From Balanoglossus misakiensis (lineage: Eukaryota; Animalia; Hemichordata): a stretch of 64,000 bases of DNA. Below are positions 1-14,779 of the stretch, one piece after another. Made by a program: the position numbers and the translations under genes. Below the pieces are notes generated by a model. The model was not told the DNA's origin. It did not search any database and saw only the letters and a list, made by a program, of their open reading frames with translations. Location: the NCBI GenBank assembly GCA_040954595.2, contig CM082576.2, forward strand, positions 1,183,303 through 1,247,302, read 5' to 3'. Within the stretch, counting starts at the first letter, position 1. Each line of letters opens with the position of its first letter.

Positions 1-3000
1 TACAGAAAATTAGAAATCAATGATGCATGAAAACCAGACATTTGAACCCTAAATTTCAATCCTTGAAAATAATTGTTTGGCTTGTGCCTTGGCTTGTGTA
101 ATGAATAAGATCGCATAATAATGCATGTAATGATTTTTGGCCAAGATGCATCTAAGCTACATGTACATGTAGTGTCTGTTAGTTTATCCCCAATGAACAG
201 GAGATGTTTTTCAAAAAAATTCAGAACCATACAACTTGCAAACTGTGCATTCAATAACATGGGCAATTTGCCCCAAGATATACCGGTACATGTACGTGAT
301 AAAGTAAACATGATTGAAATCCATGATTGAGTGAAATGACCTGGCAGTACTACAGTGGCACACAGGTCAGTATTTCATGTTCACAAGAGTTGAACTGGCA
401 CAGGTTTTGTGTTCCTTTATGGTATAAACTAACTGTTATATCATTGTGCCTTAAATCTACATACGAAAAGAGAGAGAATGACATGAAAAAGTTTTAGATT
501 GCCGTAAAGGCTTTATTAGTGATTCCATATTCACTGCACTTTCAGTCACCTCTTAATTGTGGTAAAAAATTCTCACTTCTGTGAATTGTTGACAGTTAGG
601 CAGGCAGTCAAGTGTGTGTAAATGATTTGTGCTTTGAACTGAGAAGAAACAGAGTTGGCGGCATAGTGTCCTCAATAGAAATCCATGTGCTTACTCAATC
701 TCTTTTGAAATACTAGAGAAGGGCTTTCACAGACCCCGCCAGTGTATAGTGGATTGATGTCACCGCTATCTATTGTTGTGAACTGATGTTTTTATGCACT
801 GTGATCCAAAGCGCCTCGTCACTGAACACCTGAATCAGCAGTGAGGTTTTTAGGAAGTAATAAAGTTGAAACCAGTTTCTGTTTTGTTATTTTAGTTCTA
901 ATACTAAGCTTCAGTTACAGTGCAGGATGGCCTGTATGAGTATGGCAGAATGTCTGGCCTTGGGACCACATTCCCAGTCCGCCATACTCTCAGACAAGTG
1001 GCAATTATGAGAACTTTATGCCCCAGCCCCATAGGATATTGTTACAGCCACCTAACCCTTCTAAGTGTATTTCTCTGAAATTACCGCATTTTACTGTGTT
1101 CCTAATCATCACTGTGTGCATTGATTAGGCACCTTACTCACAGGAAAACTTGTCCATATACAAATATTGCAGAGATACATGCCACACCCTAGCTTTCACA
1201 CCATTATAATTATTATGAATCAACCAGGAGATACAGGGGCACAGCTGTACAGGTATGTGACAAAGGGCAAGGTCAGAATTTTAGGTTGCATAACCCTTGG
1301 TGTGAGAGGTGGTGTTTTCTACAGCTTATGATAGTTTAGTCATGTGTCAAGTCATGTGTACATTTAAGTGGTTGATCTCCAGGGCTTCACTCAGTTGTTT
1401 CTTTCCAACCATTTCACCATCAGATTTGTAAATGTATGATTATGCTTTCAAAACTTTCACCTGATCTAATGTAGCGATGAAATAATGATAAAGATGCCTC
1501 CCCATAAAGTGTGTGTACCTAGTTGTGTTTCTTGTGTCATACCATTGTACATCTGTGGATTTGCACATGCATGTTAATTGCTGTCAGATGAACACTGTGA
1601 AAACATTAGACTCAGGAGATATACCATTGCATAACACACCTTCAGGTACATGCATTCTGTGCAACTGTGTGTTGATATGACAACTTTGGTCTCGTGTGCC
1701 AGTGATTGAAGTTTGAGCTTCCATTCATTGCCTCCTTTTTAAATGACATTCACTGTCGTATCGATTGTGGTGATATTGTTACATGTTTGATCAGTGACTA
1801 TACAAAGGTCAGGAAAGCAATTATATTGAGCATATAGTGTTTAGTCTCCAATTTCAATGTTTTGAAACAGGAAGTGAAAGTTATATTTTGTATAAGTACT
1901 GTTGTATTATATCTCACATTTTCCTTATGAAGGTCGTAGTTCTAGCTGTTGTCTTAATTGTGATACACTCTTCACCAAGTTGGGATAATATTATTTTAAT
2001 ATCTACTGAAAAGCACCCATTTCCATCATCAGAAGATGTTGGAAAAAGTTTAAAGTTTGCTGCACCAAAAATCAACTCCAGCCAACAGTGATGTCACCTC
2101 TGGTTTGAACCTTTGAAGTAAACTAGTGTCTTGAAAAGCACACAGCACCACAGGTAATCCATCACTAAAATTGATTAAAAATTCATAAAGGTATTAAAAA
2201 TTCAGTAATTCATATACATGTATAATTCCTCCAACATCTAACATGCATATAGCCATGGTAACAGTTATGGATACTGTGAGCACTCTTTCAAGTAATCATG
2301 AACTGAAACCAGCAGACCATAACACTGCATTCATCTGAAACTTTCAGTATGACCAGTGTTTTCAACTGTGAGAGAGAAAATATTGAGGTTATGAATGGTA
2401 TGAAAAAAGATATCATTTGTGTAAATGGTTAGTCTTCACACACATGTAGCCAAACACCAACAGTGTTTATCACAAAACAGTTTGGTTTGATGTAAAATAT
2501 GCCACTGGGTTTTTGTTGCATCACATGTTGGGAATGCAAAGTAGTTTTGACGCATGATTGCATTGCAGTCACTAATAATGACCCAGGTCCAGTTCTAGTT
2601 GAGCTCCTTCTGTCACTTCATGCATGCTCTCCTTTTTACCCTTCTTTGATCTGCCAATTTTTTTTGGAATGTGTCAATATTTGCACTATACCACCACTCT
2701 ACCATGCAGCAGCACTTGACAAACATTGTGGTGGTATCGAGACTTCATTATTTGATTGTGCTTTGCTGGATCTGTAAGGCAAAAAATTTACATTTACTTT
2801 TTCTTCTGGTCTTTTTAATACAAAAGATCAACTTGGCATACCTGTATTGATGGAGTTTGCTGAGTGAGTAATCTGAGTATGGAATACAGTGAAAGCAACA
2901 AATCGGAGGAAGATTTTATTCTGAATTAAATCTCCAAGTTTATTGTGGAGAAAGTGACTAGAAAAATTTGTTGAAATTCAGTAAGGTCCGTGTGCATGTG

Positions 3001-5810
3001 ACTGATAATAAGAATTTACCAGGTTTCAGATTGTAGACGTCATCAGGTTAGGTCATTAAAGTGAGATTGAGTCATTGAAATTGATCTGATAATGATTAAT
3101 GTAAGGATGTTCTTACTGGCAATCAATCTGAACTGCCATTTATAAAAGAAATGATTTAGTGTGAAATCCTACTTTCTTGGCAATTTGTTTCCTTCCTAGA
3201 TAACATGAATTGAATCAACTTTTATTATTAATCAAGTTCAACTAGAATCTGTAAAGCCATGTCTGCTTTTCACAGAACTCAATAATCTTTTATGGGAGAC
3301 GTTGATAGGTTTCAATTTTTTTTAGTCACAACAATCAGGAAAATCATTGTGTGTTTTCCCCTATCTGTATTAAATTAATACCGGTAGTTATTGTGCTATG
3401 AGCATTTAGTCCTAATTAGTGTATCCAATTTATTACCACTTAAAGTATTGATCGGCATGGTAACAGGGCATCCAGTGATACATGTATCGAGAATGTTGGG
3501 GAAAGTTTATTACGAAGATTTAATGGTTGATCTTGTCAGTCTCCAGGATACCTGTGTCACTGAAGGTTACTTAATGAGAAAGGAAGATGAATTGCCTTAA
3601 AGATGAAACAGGATCTTTTCAGTATCATTGTTGAGTTGAACCAAAAGAACTGGCTTTTTGTTGTTAGCCATAAAGACAGGAGACAATTTTATTTTTACTA
3701 AAGAGTTCATTTGCATGTTATTATAGAGGAAACTGCACATTTAACAAGATCACAAATGATTTGTTTACCATATGTACAGTTTAACTATGATTTGACCTTT
3801 TAAAAAATCTTTTTTTTTGACATAGTTCCCTAATAGTGGCCATTTACCTGGTAGACCACTGTGGTTTGACTACCCTCATCATATATTTCTAGCTTTGTCT
3901 GAAGTGGTTGAGCCATCATAATTTTCTTCTGTTGATTGACATATCATACTGCCCTGTACAGACAAGGGTTCTGTGAGTGACGTATTGGGCAAGCTGTAGT
4001 CGAGTCTAGTACGTCACTCGCTGCACTTGAGTCCATACAGAGCCATATTTTGTGAATAACCCCTTTCTACATAAATACCCATTTTACGTCATTTGTGGGT
4101 TGAAGAGATGCACCACAATGTGAATGGAAACATTCAACCAAAAATAGAACATTTCAGTCACACTTCACACGCTCTATGTCACATGCGTATGCACACACGT
4201 CATCCGTATTGGGACTACATGTAAATACAAATACAGCAATGTATTGTAGGATAGAACGCCATAGGTGTATAATAGTATATCTTTATCAATTATGCATCTT
4301 CATATTTACCGTGTATACATGATAATAAAGTGAAACAAAATTGAAGCCCAACAAGCATCATCATCGACATCTTGAAATTTAGCATTCATCAAGGAGAGCC
4401 TCAAAACTAAATTCAATTTTCCAGCATCAAACGAAATCCCTTAAACAGCAAAATCTGTGCATTGTCAAACCATAAACCAAGAAATATATATAACCCTGGG
4501 TCTGTTAGTAGATCACGCCGACTGTTACTGGGATGAGAATGGATAAGAAGTGTGGCCTTCATTTCAAGAGGGTGTGACACAAGTCATGTGATTATGAAAA
4601 GATCACAGCAACTCTGTGTGATTAAGGAACAGTGAAGATTTGACAATTCCAGAAATTGTCCAAATTTCAAATCTTCAAAAATTTTGTGGGGGATTTTTTT
4701 GTCAGACAACACGAATGACTATTATGAATAAACGATCCATGCAAACATGACCAAGATGTTTATGATATACCTACTGTAAGTAGGACAGATCATTTCCTGT
4801 ATCAGTCAAGCAAATTTTGTCTCATTTTGACATTTTCAAGTACACTTTGATCATATCATATGAGAAGTATCTTTGCCCTATGGGTGTATATTTTATGTCA
4901 CAAGTTTGGAAGTACCACCCTCACTCAGAACATAAATTATTTACATTTTTTCATCTGTCATATTTATGTAGTCCCAGGGATGCCATTTCTTACTTAATCT
5001 GATCTTCTTCAGCGCATATCAAGGCACTGCAATGCAATAATATACAGCCGTAATAAAACCAGCAGCATTACTGAAAAACGCAATCAGCAAATGGAGGACT
5101 TGATGTCTTTGCAATTGGCAAATCCTGTCCAGAAGCGGATTTGCGAGGTCATCCATATTGGCATCTGCACGGTGTGTGAGTCCTCTGTAAAGTGGCATAT
5201 ATATGAAAACTTGAATTATTTAAGAGGTTTTATTTATTATCTCTTTCCCAGGGATGCTATATATTTCATGCATCCTTGAGAGCTGTGAATGTATTGAGAG
5301 ACTACAATACAACATCATTTGATTAGCTCAAAGCCTTTGGGATGTGATGCTTGTATAGTATTGTGCTTGTACCATTGCACCAGGACCGTGTTTACCTCAT
5401 TTGTAATTATACTTACCCCTGATGACACCATTTCTCAAATAAGCCTAACCTAATTTACAAAACATTAAGAACCAAATATAAAAACAACAGAACTGAACTG
5501 AACATGCAGCAGGGTGCATTTGGAACCTTGTCGGCATAGCAACCAATATGTGCCCTGAATCCCCAAGTAACCCTGAAAATTGCTAAAAAAAACACAAGCC
5601 TAGAATTTGAAGGTCTTGAATCTAATTTTCCCAAATGCATGGATTTAGTATAACTACATGGTAATCATCTTTGCCCTGTTGTCAGTACCAGTTTATAAAG
5701 ACAAGCATGGAAGAAACAGGTCAGTCAGCTTTAAGTACAGGCAATCAACATCACCCTGCCATGTCAGTGACAATTGGTAAACCAGAATGGTCACCATGTC
5801 GCTCAACACC

Positions 5811-5845
5811 ACTGACTGACTGACTGACTGACTGACCGACTGACT
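5811..5845. repeat. (ACTG)n microsatellite, about 9 units
   Basis: ACTGACTG... with one CCGA interruption. Confidence 0.9.
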
Positions 5846-8800
5846 CCACACCTGAACACACCAAATCCTGCCAACCTCGGTCAACACCCAGAGTTCTAGC
5901 AGACGACTTGTATTGCAACTTATGCCTGGCCTAAAGGCACTGCAAAATCCCAGCAACACAAGCAGATCAAGTTGATACATACTGCCAGCAATAAATGAGA
6001 AAAGCACACCAAGATGTCATTCAACAATCAGGAAGCTGGTATGAACTTTACAAGAAGATTATGGTCAGAATGTGTAATATAATTATGAGCATGGTCTCTA
6101 TGGAAACAAATATTTCTATTTCTGATGTATAGCAGAAAGAAATCAAGCATATTCATGTCTTGCCTGCTAACTGCCAATTATCAAGAGATCCAATATTTCA
6201 GGTAGATGTTGTTGTCAGAGATCTTTGGCCATCATTGAATCCTTTTCCATTGAACTCAAACAGGTGTACAGTGCAGACATCCAGATGTCAACAATTGCCA
6301 CAGTCAAACAGTTGTGTAATGTTGAACTTTGAGATAATTATCCTACTTTGCCTCATCCTTGAGTTTGTGTTATTCAGATGGTTACCATGATGGCTAATTC
6401 ATCTCGGCCATTAGCCAGTGGAAGTCTCCATTAGCATGTGATTCTAGCCTTTTGTTTTGTAAGTCACAAAGGTCATTGGTCTATGGAGCATTCTTTGCTT
6501 CAATGATCAGATTGATTAGTAGTTTAGCCAGACGTCTGGAAGTACAGGTAGTATAGCCCCAAGGTTCCGGGTTTACATACACTCTATTGATTTTTCTGAT
6601 CTTATTTACAGAATATGTAGTCTTGCAATAAATCACAGGACAGCCTTGTAATGATCTTCCTTATCTTGTAACATCATCCTACTGGTTGTATTCTTATGAT
6701 CCAACTGTCATTCCCAAAACTGTTTGAGTGTCGATACATTGTAAATGTGCTTGACATAAGAAAGTAGTCTGTGATGCACCTTTGTTTGACTTGTTAGTAG
6801 ATGTATCTTTGAAAGAAAAAGCCACAGAGAATGTGAAGGCACAGAATGTCTCTAGTCTTGAAACAAACATTTGCACATCCATTAAATTTGCATACTGTAT
6901 TTAATTTTCTGAGCACAAACAACTTAACTTGTCTTTTGTAGAAAGATGGCATATCCTCTGGTAAAGTGTACACGTATTGAATACAAAGTCAACAGTAGCT
7001 ATTGATTAGCAGCTGTTGATGTTGATGAAATATTGACTTACAATGTTCGCCATTTGCCATCATTCATCCAGTATTCATGCAGGTGTACATGTATCAAGCT
7101 TCATACAGGTGTTTTGTTACTATAAAGGGCATTGAAATTTGATTACTTAGTGTCACAGTTTTCGTAAATTGAATGATGTTGAATAAGAATCCCAGGGGAT
7201 TGTCCCTGCAAGATTGATGGATGGATGATCTCTTGAGAGTGTGTGCAGTCATATATGTACTGAAGTGATGTGTTACATGTAACACAGAACTCAGTTTACA
7301 CATAAACCCAGAGCCTATGGTTTACATAACAATCCTGTTGGGTGGAGTTTAATCATGTACATTGTACCCTGCATTGTACACTGTGTTGAAGTGGTCATTA
7401 TATACTTGTGGGACACATTAATCACACATCTACATGTATGATACGTTCAATTGTTTTGGAGAGTGGTTGCGTGCTTGATCAATAAAACATTTCAGTCATA
7501 TACTTGTGTGATGCAGTGTGTATCACATAGCTTTTCTGAATTTGAGTGATAAAATCATGTGTTAGTGAGATACAATATAATAAGCAAGTTCAGATTCAAG
7601 TCAGGACCTCAATCTAATATTTGTTTTAAAATTATTCTACCAACATTCCTTGCCAGTAATCCCACTTCATCAAGGTAAACAATCTGAGAAGATAGTCTTA
7701 GCTAGGCTAAGGTTATTCTCTCTTCCCAAACAGTACATGCAGTCACATGTATATCTGCCACCCTGGTCTAACTTAATACTTACCCCGTAATCAAATTCTC
7801 ATATATTTTCATTTGTTTGCACACCACATGCATAATTGTTTTGTATAAAGCATTACTCACGTTAATAATTAAGTGTTCTGATTGCAGCATACAAGAAGGC
7901 TTAAAACATGACCCAGTATGCTATTTATTATAGTTGTTGAAATGCATTAATTATTGCTCTACATTGTTTGCCAATTCTTAAAGACATCTATGTAATACAT
8001 GAATGTATATGAGCAATATTTCAGGATGCAGCATCCAAAACAGTGTGGGTGTCAATTGCTAATGGAATCATCATGAAGCAACAAGCTGTATTTGTTTTAT
8101 TTATTTATAAATGACAACATACCAGCATCTCATTCAGACCCAGGCCTATTAATAGATTTTCAGTTAACAATTCACCACCATGGAATATGTACTGGAAAAT
8201 TGCAATAGAAGTTATGGCTACATAGTCAGTATGTAGACCTAACAGTGGACATGTGACAATCGTTGGATATTCTTCTGTGAATTGGTTTGATTCAAGGTCT
8301 TGAAGTCACTTGTTGCAGTTACTCTCATTTTGTGTCACTCCAGTTTGGATGTTTGTGGTGCTATGCGCTCTCTCAAATTCTTTGCTGACTCTTTAACATG
8401 ACATGGAATCTGTGCGCTAACCCATTCACCCCGTTCTCTGTATTCAAAGACCCAACATTCCCAAGTTAGGTGGAGATAAGATGGAACATATGGCATTCCA
8501 TACTTCAAGAAGAAAAAGCTCAACTTTTTTTGCAATTTGTACTGGTAGAATTTTTTTAAAAGGGGCAAATGCCCTGAAGTCACCACCCATACATGTGCTA
8601 AATATAGATTGGGATTGACGTCACTAGAGGCTTAGAGTAAATAATTTACCCAGTAACCAGTAAGTTTGGGGGTATGCCATCTTCTTAATGGTTCTGTGAA
8701 GCCATTGATTTAGTGGCCTATGACGTACCTCACTGCTCAATCACTCCTTCATATGCCAACTCAGAAAGAAAACATTTATTCAATCCTCAAAACCAAGACT

Positions 8801-11800
8801 AGCAAGTTGAACTCGATGGTTTAGAGTTGAGGAATCAACTTTGCTGTGACTTCTTGTGTTTATATTGAACTCTGTACTTGTTAGTGACCTTGTCAGGGTG
8901 TGTGAGTAGGGTGTAATATAATATTAGCATTGGGTCAACAAGGATCTCAAATGTGTGCACTTGCTGTGGTAATATAAGTGGAACAGAAATATCACAAATG
9001 TATGAACCTGATATTCACACTCAAATTATGTAGGGTGTTGTAAAGTAAAACCTGTACAAACCAAAGCAGGTAACATTATATTCACCTTTCAAGCTCACCT
9101 GAGTGATTCTATAATAATTCACCAGATATAAATACATATCTTTTGCATGTACGGTAAACCGATATTTCATCATTATATAAATTTGTACCATGCTGCCTGC
9201 ATGTAGACCAGCTACATTCGCAGTTCTGGATGTGGCAGCCTGGGTCTTGTGACCTGTAATGAAACTGGCAGTAGATTCAAATTAATGTTATTTGCCTGCA
9301 AATTAATCTTCTATAATTGTGTCAGTTACAAGGCAGTTTAATGACTGAATAGCAAGTAATGTGACTTTTAAGTATTAATAAAGACATTAATTTGTTCTCT
9401 TGTGAAGATGATATGTATTGTGCTTTTTAGGGTCAAATCCATGGGGGGTCTCCACTCATACTCCGTAGACAACAAACAGCAACTGAATATTTTATACTTT
9501 AGGATGAACCGTAGGTTATTATCATCAAATAATCAGTAGTATTACAAGGCAGAATGGGAAAAGATGGCCATGCATGTTTATCAATTTGTTTACCTTTTGT
9601 GTAGTGTAGAATTCAGAGAACAGATGGACAGGTTCCCTGGAGAGTCTATTCAGCAGATATGCTCACGTCAGACATAAAGAAATCCAAAACATGTTTTCTG
9701 AACTGAGTGATTTCACTGTAGAAGAGCTCTTTTGATTGACCTTGTAGATGTGTTTGTTTATTTTTAACATCCTCAAAAATACATTGTGATGTTTTCTTGT
9801 AAATGTTCTAGTCATAAAGCTCCCAGGAATTACCTTTTCACCTGAAAACATAAAAGAGGTGCATTTGGACATTTACTGAGATTTATTATTATGTTGATCT
9901 GCTGACTGGAATACATGTATACTGAATCACTGATTTCCAGAACTCAACTCACAGTTTTGTGACCAAAGATAAAACCCTCTTTTGAAGTTTCACCTTTGAG
10001 ATTGATCCTCGGCAAATAAAGCAATCTTGTTTCATGCCGTGTCTCTGGGATGTTTATCATTCAGTCAAAATGTATGTCAACAGGTTATAATCGTGTATTA
10101 TTGATTTTTTTCTTTTATGGTACATGTACTTCAGGTTCATTTGCATAAAATAGAACTGATACTCAGTACATATCATGTGATATGGATTGGTTCATTGTGT
10201 GATTAATGTGTTACCTTGAAACTGATAAAGCTGAAACAAATAACAAAAAAGTATATCATAAAGCTAGTAAAAAATATTACTTTCCTCAATGTCAACTGAA
10301 CTCAGTCGTAATCAGTTTATCTGTAAATAGTTGGATGGATATGGAGGGTACATATATTACTAAAAATGGATCCCTTTTCATGTCTTGCTAACACAAATGG
10401 TGTGAGTGACCAGAAAATACTTCTGGTTCACTTAAAACCCCACATTTTTGCAAGTGAAAACAGATGTAGTTGAAAAATGACTCTTGGTTTATTGCAATTA
10501 AGTTTCTGCAAAAGTGCCACTTGGTGGCGCTATTAAAATACACAAAGTACAGAGCATGTCTCACCGCATGAGACATGCACTCAGGTAGAAATTTTACTAT
10601 CTTCACATGACTTGTGATAGATATCAAATGCAAACATTGTCCCATAAAATGACATGTCTCATTAAAGCAGACAAAGAAAAAACCTTTGGAGAAAGACATT
10701 ACAAGTACCTGTAAATGTTTGATATCTATACATTGCATGTAAGCCTTGTTACCCTGGGTTATTCTAGTGACTCAAATCAAATTGCTACGTGAATGCTGGA
10801 AGGTCTGGTCTGATCACCTCAGTTGTATTTAGTGTTGTTTATAGTTGGAGTTTACTGTTTTTAGAATGCAGTCCATCAGAGTGAGAAATACATGTATGTG
10901 AGAAGTTTCTGCAAAGTATGCAGGCAAAAGTTCAAGCCAAGTTTTGTTTAGACTAACGGTAACCTTATACTGTAGAAAGTGGCTTTGAGTGTCATGCCTT
11001 TGAAAGAAACTTGAACATTTGGAAACTCAATAAGTTCTCTTAAAGTCCTGACTTGTGTATTGGTTGTACATCCATACTGTAAAATGGGTGCATCAGTTTG
11101 TGAATTTCTAAATTTGTAATGTAAAAATCAAATGTTATGACATGGACTGTGTGAAATGTGTACCCTAACCTGTGTTAGTAAAGGTTTTAAGGAGGATATT
11201 TTTGTTAATGTCAGAAAAGAGAGAAAAATCTACAACCATATGTTTCTCTACTATAGCATTTGTGGGGTGGGGGGGGGGGGTAGTAGAGAAGGGAAGGGAG
11301 CAGGGGAGATCTCGAGAGAGAGTGCCATAGTTTGTATCTAATTAGATATTCCCTTGGAGAGTTGAAACTTGAAGAGCGCCCTCTAACAGCTAGTGTGAAA
11401 ACTATAAATTGCAAAGTTCCCCATGGGCCAGGGAGGTCTGTTTAATTGCTCACATATCGTTAATCAAATTGAAATGTAAACTGTTTGGAAAGAATCAGCG
11501 TTGCAGTTCAGGATAGGAGGGTATACATGTAATGAGAAAGGAGTTCTTAACATACTTTCATCTAGGACAGTAGGACAGTGCCATACATACATCCCTTCTA
11601 GTATAAGATTGGTCATGTTCACAATAAGATTTCTGTTGATATTTAGCTCTCTTTCCTGTGATTTTTACACATAGCCCAGCTAAATGAAATTAAATTTGGT
11701 GGTTCAGTAAAATTGTATGGTCACCATGCTCAATTCTGAGATAAACTTTGTTGAATGTGTTCACCCATAGAAAAACCCAATGGTGAAAATATGCTGATTC

Positions 11801-14191
11801 AGCAGATTTGTTCATTATCAACTGAATTCACAGCCCTGTATTCAAAGTATGGTGACCCCTATATTTTATTACAGATTTGTATTATGCCTACTAAGGAAGA
11901 TCCTAAAATCCACAATTAGAAAAAATGACAATTCTTTCAATTTTACTGATCATACTTCCCTAAAAATACACTGAGATATATTAATATTATACAGCTGTAG
12001 TATTTAGATTTAAAATAATGTTGCCCACCCATTTCCTCTCCCTTGCCATGTGTATATTGTTCTAATTGATAACTGTGCATCTGCATTGAGTGCTTGCATT
12101 TATAAAAAACATACACATTGTATACATGTTATTCATTTGTGTATATTTTATTTTAGAAAAACCGACAGGATCACTGAGTGTAATTAAGTTGCCACTACTG
12201 TCACTGAAATCAATGTTTTTTACACGTGGTGAAATGTCATGTCTGTCTGCTACGTATGATTTGCCATTGACGTCAGTTCTTATCTCCCAGTGTTATTGTA
12301 GGTCATTCCCACACAGTCATAATTCAATACTTCCACACATACGTCTTGCTCTTGTTGTCTTGTGATGATTGTAGTTTCTATGGCAACACTTACATGTAGT
12401 GGATATCTGTCATTACTTTATTCTGGTGGTAGGCTTTATTGAATGGATTCTGTCTGTCTCGTTTATACATCCTTCCTGGTTCCATCCCTCTGCAGTCATT
12501 ACAATGTATTGAGAAATGTCTGAATGGATTCCATTTAACATGCCTTGACTGATTTTATTCCACCGTGATTTCCTCCAATGTTCTCAATCCATTAATCCAG
12601 TGGTGACTTGTCATTAACAATGATGTTCATGTAACAGTGGTGACAACATTACAATGTTAATGCTTTTGTGTCTGAATCAGGACCAACATAATTCAAAGCG
12701 TCTTTTCTCGTGCAAATGTCAATAGTGAGAGCACTAATTGGGATAATACATCCACACAACCATTTTAGTCCAGCCCAAATTTTAGCCCAGACATAAACCC
12801 CCTCCAAGCCTAGATTAAAGTAGTCCAACTAATAATAAACAAGTATCTGGAGAATTAATTTGCAAACTTGAACTCTATTTGGGTAATTGCTGGTGTATGT
12901 CCATTTAATTCTTCAGTTAAATGTAAGGTACCCTGTCGTTGACATCCCCTGACAACCTGCTGGTTCCTGCATGACCCTGTAATTGATGGTGGTTATAATT
13001 TCAATTTTATTGCTCCAATTAGTGTCACTTGTGTGGGTTGTTAAGAGTGTGGTGAGGTGTAAGATTGCCTGGTTGATAGCTGTAACTGACTGTGATGTCA
13101 TAAAAACTTATACATGACAAGACTTACCTATGCCTATGTAACTTACATGTAAGTCTTGTCTGGATTTATTCCAGTATTTTATAATACAAAATGGTGGACT
13201 CAAAAATTCCTTGTCTTGACATTTTCATTTAATGGATACAGGCTTTTACTATAGAAACAGTGTGCAGCTGAAGCGTCAGGCAGGGCATAAAGTAATTTCT
13301 ATCTTCAGCCAAAGTGACGACATTTATGTTTATTCTTATCACTTGTCATGATTATCTGCCACTATCATTTTTAAAGAAAAAAGAGCCCTTTGGGAAGATT
13401 TTTTTATATCAAATTTCAAAGAGAAACAGGAGGGCATTAATCTGTTTTTGACAAATATTATTTTCTTGATAGAGATATGTTCACTTGATCTTATTTGCAA
13501 ATGATCAATGTAGTTCCCATAATTTTTCTGATCCTACGGCAATATCAAACCAAAATTGTCCCTCTGTCCTAATTCTGTGCCAGATTGTAAAACTACGGTG
13601 CTTGTTAAAAAAAGCAGGATGAAACTATTGTTGATTGCCAATTATTGATAAGGTTTATAATATAAAGCACAGGTAGTAGTTGGGGTCTTTCCAATCACCT
13701 ATAAAAATTTTAGTTTTGTTCTTTGCTCCACCCCTACCGAGGTATCACTCATTGGATGCAGCCACGGTAACTGTTATTCTGTCATTGACCAATAATAAGA
13801 AGTGTACAATACATGTACTTGTATCTTATCATAGGCAGTATGTGCAGTATTGTAAAATTACGTAAGAATGTTGTATAGCTCCACACATGAGGATAAATGA
13901 TTATCTGAGTGTCAAACAAAAATGATGTCATCAGAATAGTGTTATGCTTTTCACTGCCTGTGTTATATGCAGCACCTAGTGGAGAATTAAGTAGTAGGTG
14001 GAGTCGACCCTTACAAAGGAAGAATAGAAGTGGGCTCACCATCATCTGAAACTGCCACCCCTCCCATCTACGAGATTTTGGAATGTTCCACTTTCTTTTC
14101 ATTCTTTTATGTTGATATATTGGAAGCCACACCACACAGGTCGTTCAGTGGGATAGGTTGTGTTTTTATAACGTGGAGATCTGCAACTGCG

Positions 14192-14214
14192 ATTGGTCCT
14201 TGTTAGGCTATAAA
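14192..14214 (+). promoter_or_regulatory. Candidate core promoter (inverted CCAAT box plus TATAAA) upstream of the 14579 exon
   Basis: ATTGG at 14192 and TATAAA at 14209, about 370 bp upstream of the ATG. Confidence 0.3.
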
Positions 14215-14578
14215 CCAACCGTTCCGTCTTGAGAACAAATTATATCATCAACCTTGGATGTACTGGAACCTTGTTTATACCATCAGAATTTTTTATGCTG
14301 GTTGTATTCTTTTGGACTCAGTGAGCTGATGACCATTGTACAGAAGACCGGCCGATGACAGAGTGGTGCCGTATAGACTTTTATAGTGCTTGGGGTGGTT
14401 TCAGTGACCTTAAGGGTCTGTCTATTGTAGAAACTGTCCAATCAGGTGTATCACTGCACTGACTTTGGCTGTCTGCTGTTACAATCCCAGTCCACCTGCT
14501 GTCGTCATGTCATATAGTTTCAAACCTTGAGAGGTCAACCCTGCAGTGACTCTGTTTTCTTGCTTAATTACTTCAACC

Positions 14579-14779
14579 ATGTCAAATCCCACGCAAATAA
14601 CCAACGACGAAGACATGGCCACCACTACAACCACTGCGGACAGCAACCAATCTGAGATTGCTGCTCAGAACAACAATTCAGAGGACGGTAACTCTGACAG
14701 CGATGACTCAGTGGAAGAATGTTCAAGAGTGTGTATGTGTAAAGAATGTCTTGCAAAGATCAGGATGCAGGCTAGTGTG
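14579..14779 (+). CDS. Candidate alternative first coding exon of the IP3 3-kinase (67 aa, acidic/Ser-Thr-Asn rich, ending in CSRVCMCKEC...QASV)
   Basis: ATG in CAACCATGT context; exon-like composition; phase-0 donor GTG|GTAATG at 14780 (or CAG|GCTAGT at 14771), compatible with the downstream phase-0 acceptors at 27032 and 28682. Confidence 0.55.

Noticed and set aside
4440-5340. Possible decayed repeat with duplicated CCCAGGGATGC (two ORFs containing PRDAI)
   Set aside because: No termini, TSD or protein motif recognisable without a database.
11265-11310. G-rich tracts with G-quadruplex potential (also ~31292-31385)
   Set aside because: Simple poly-G low-complexity intronic DNA; no supporting context.
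121-14135. Numerous 60-117 aa ORFs in the first 14 kb
   Set aside because: No recognisable domains, random composition and no consistent splice chain.
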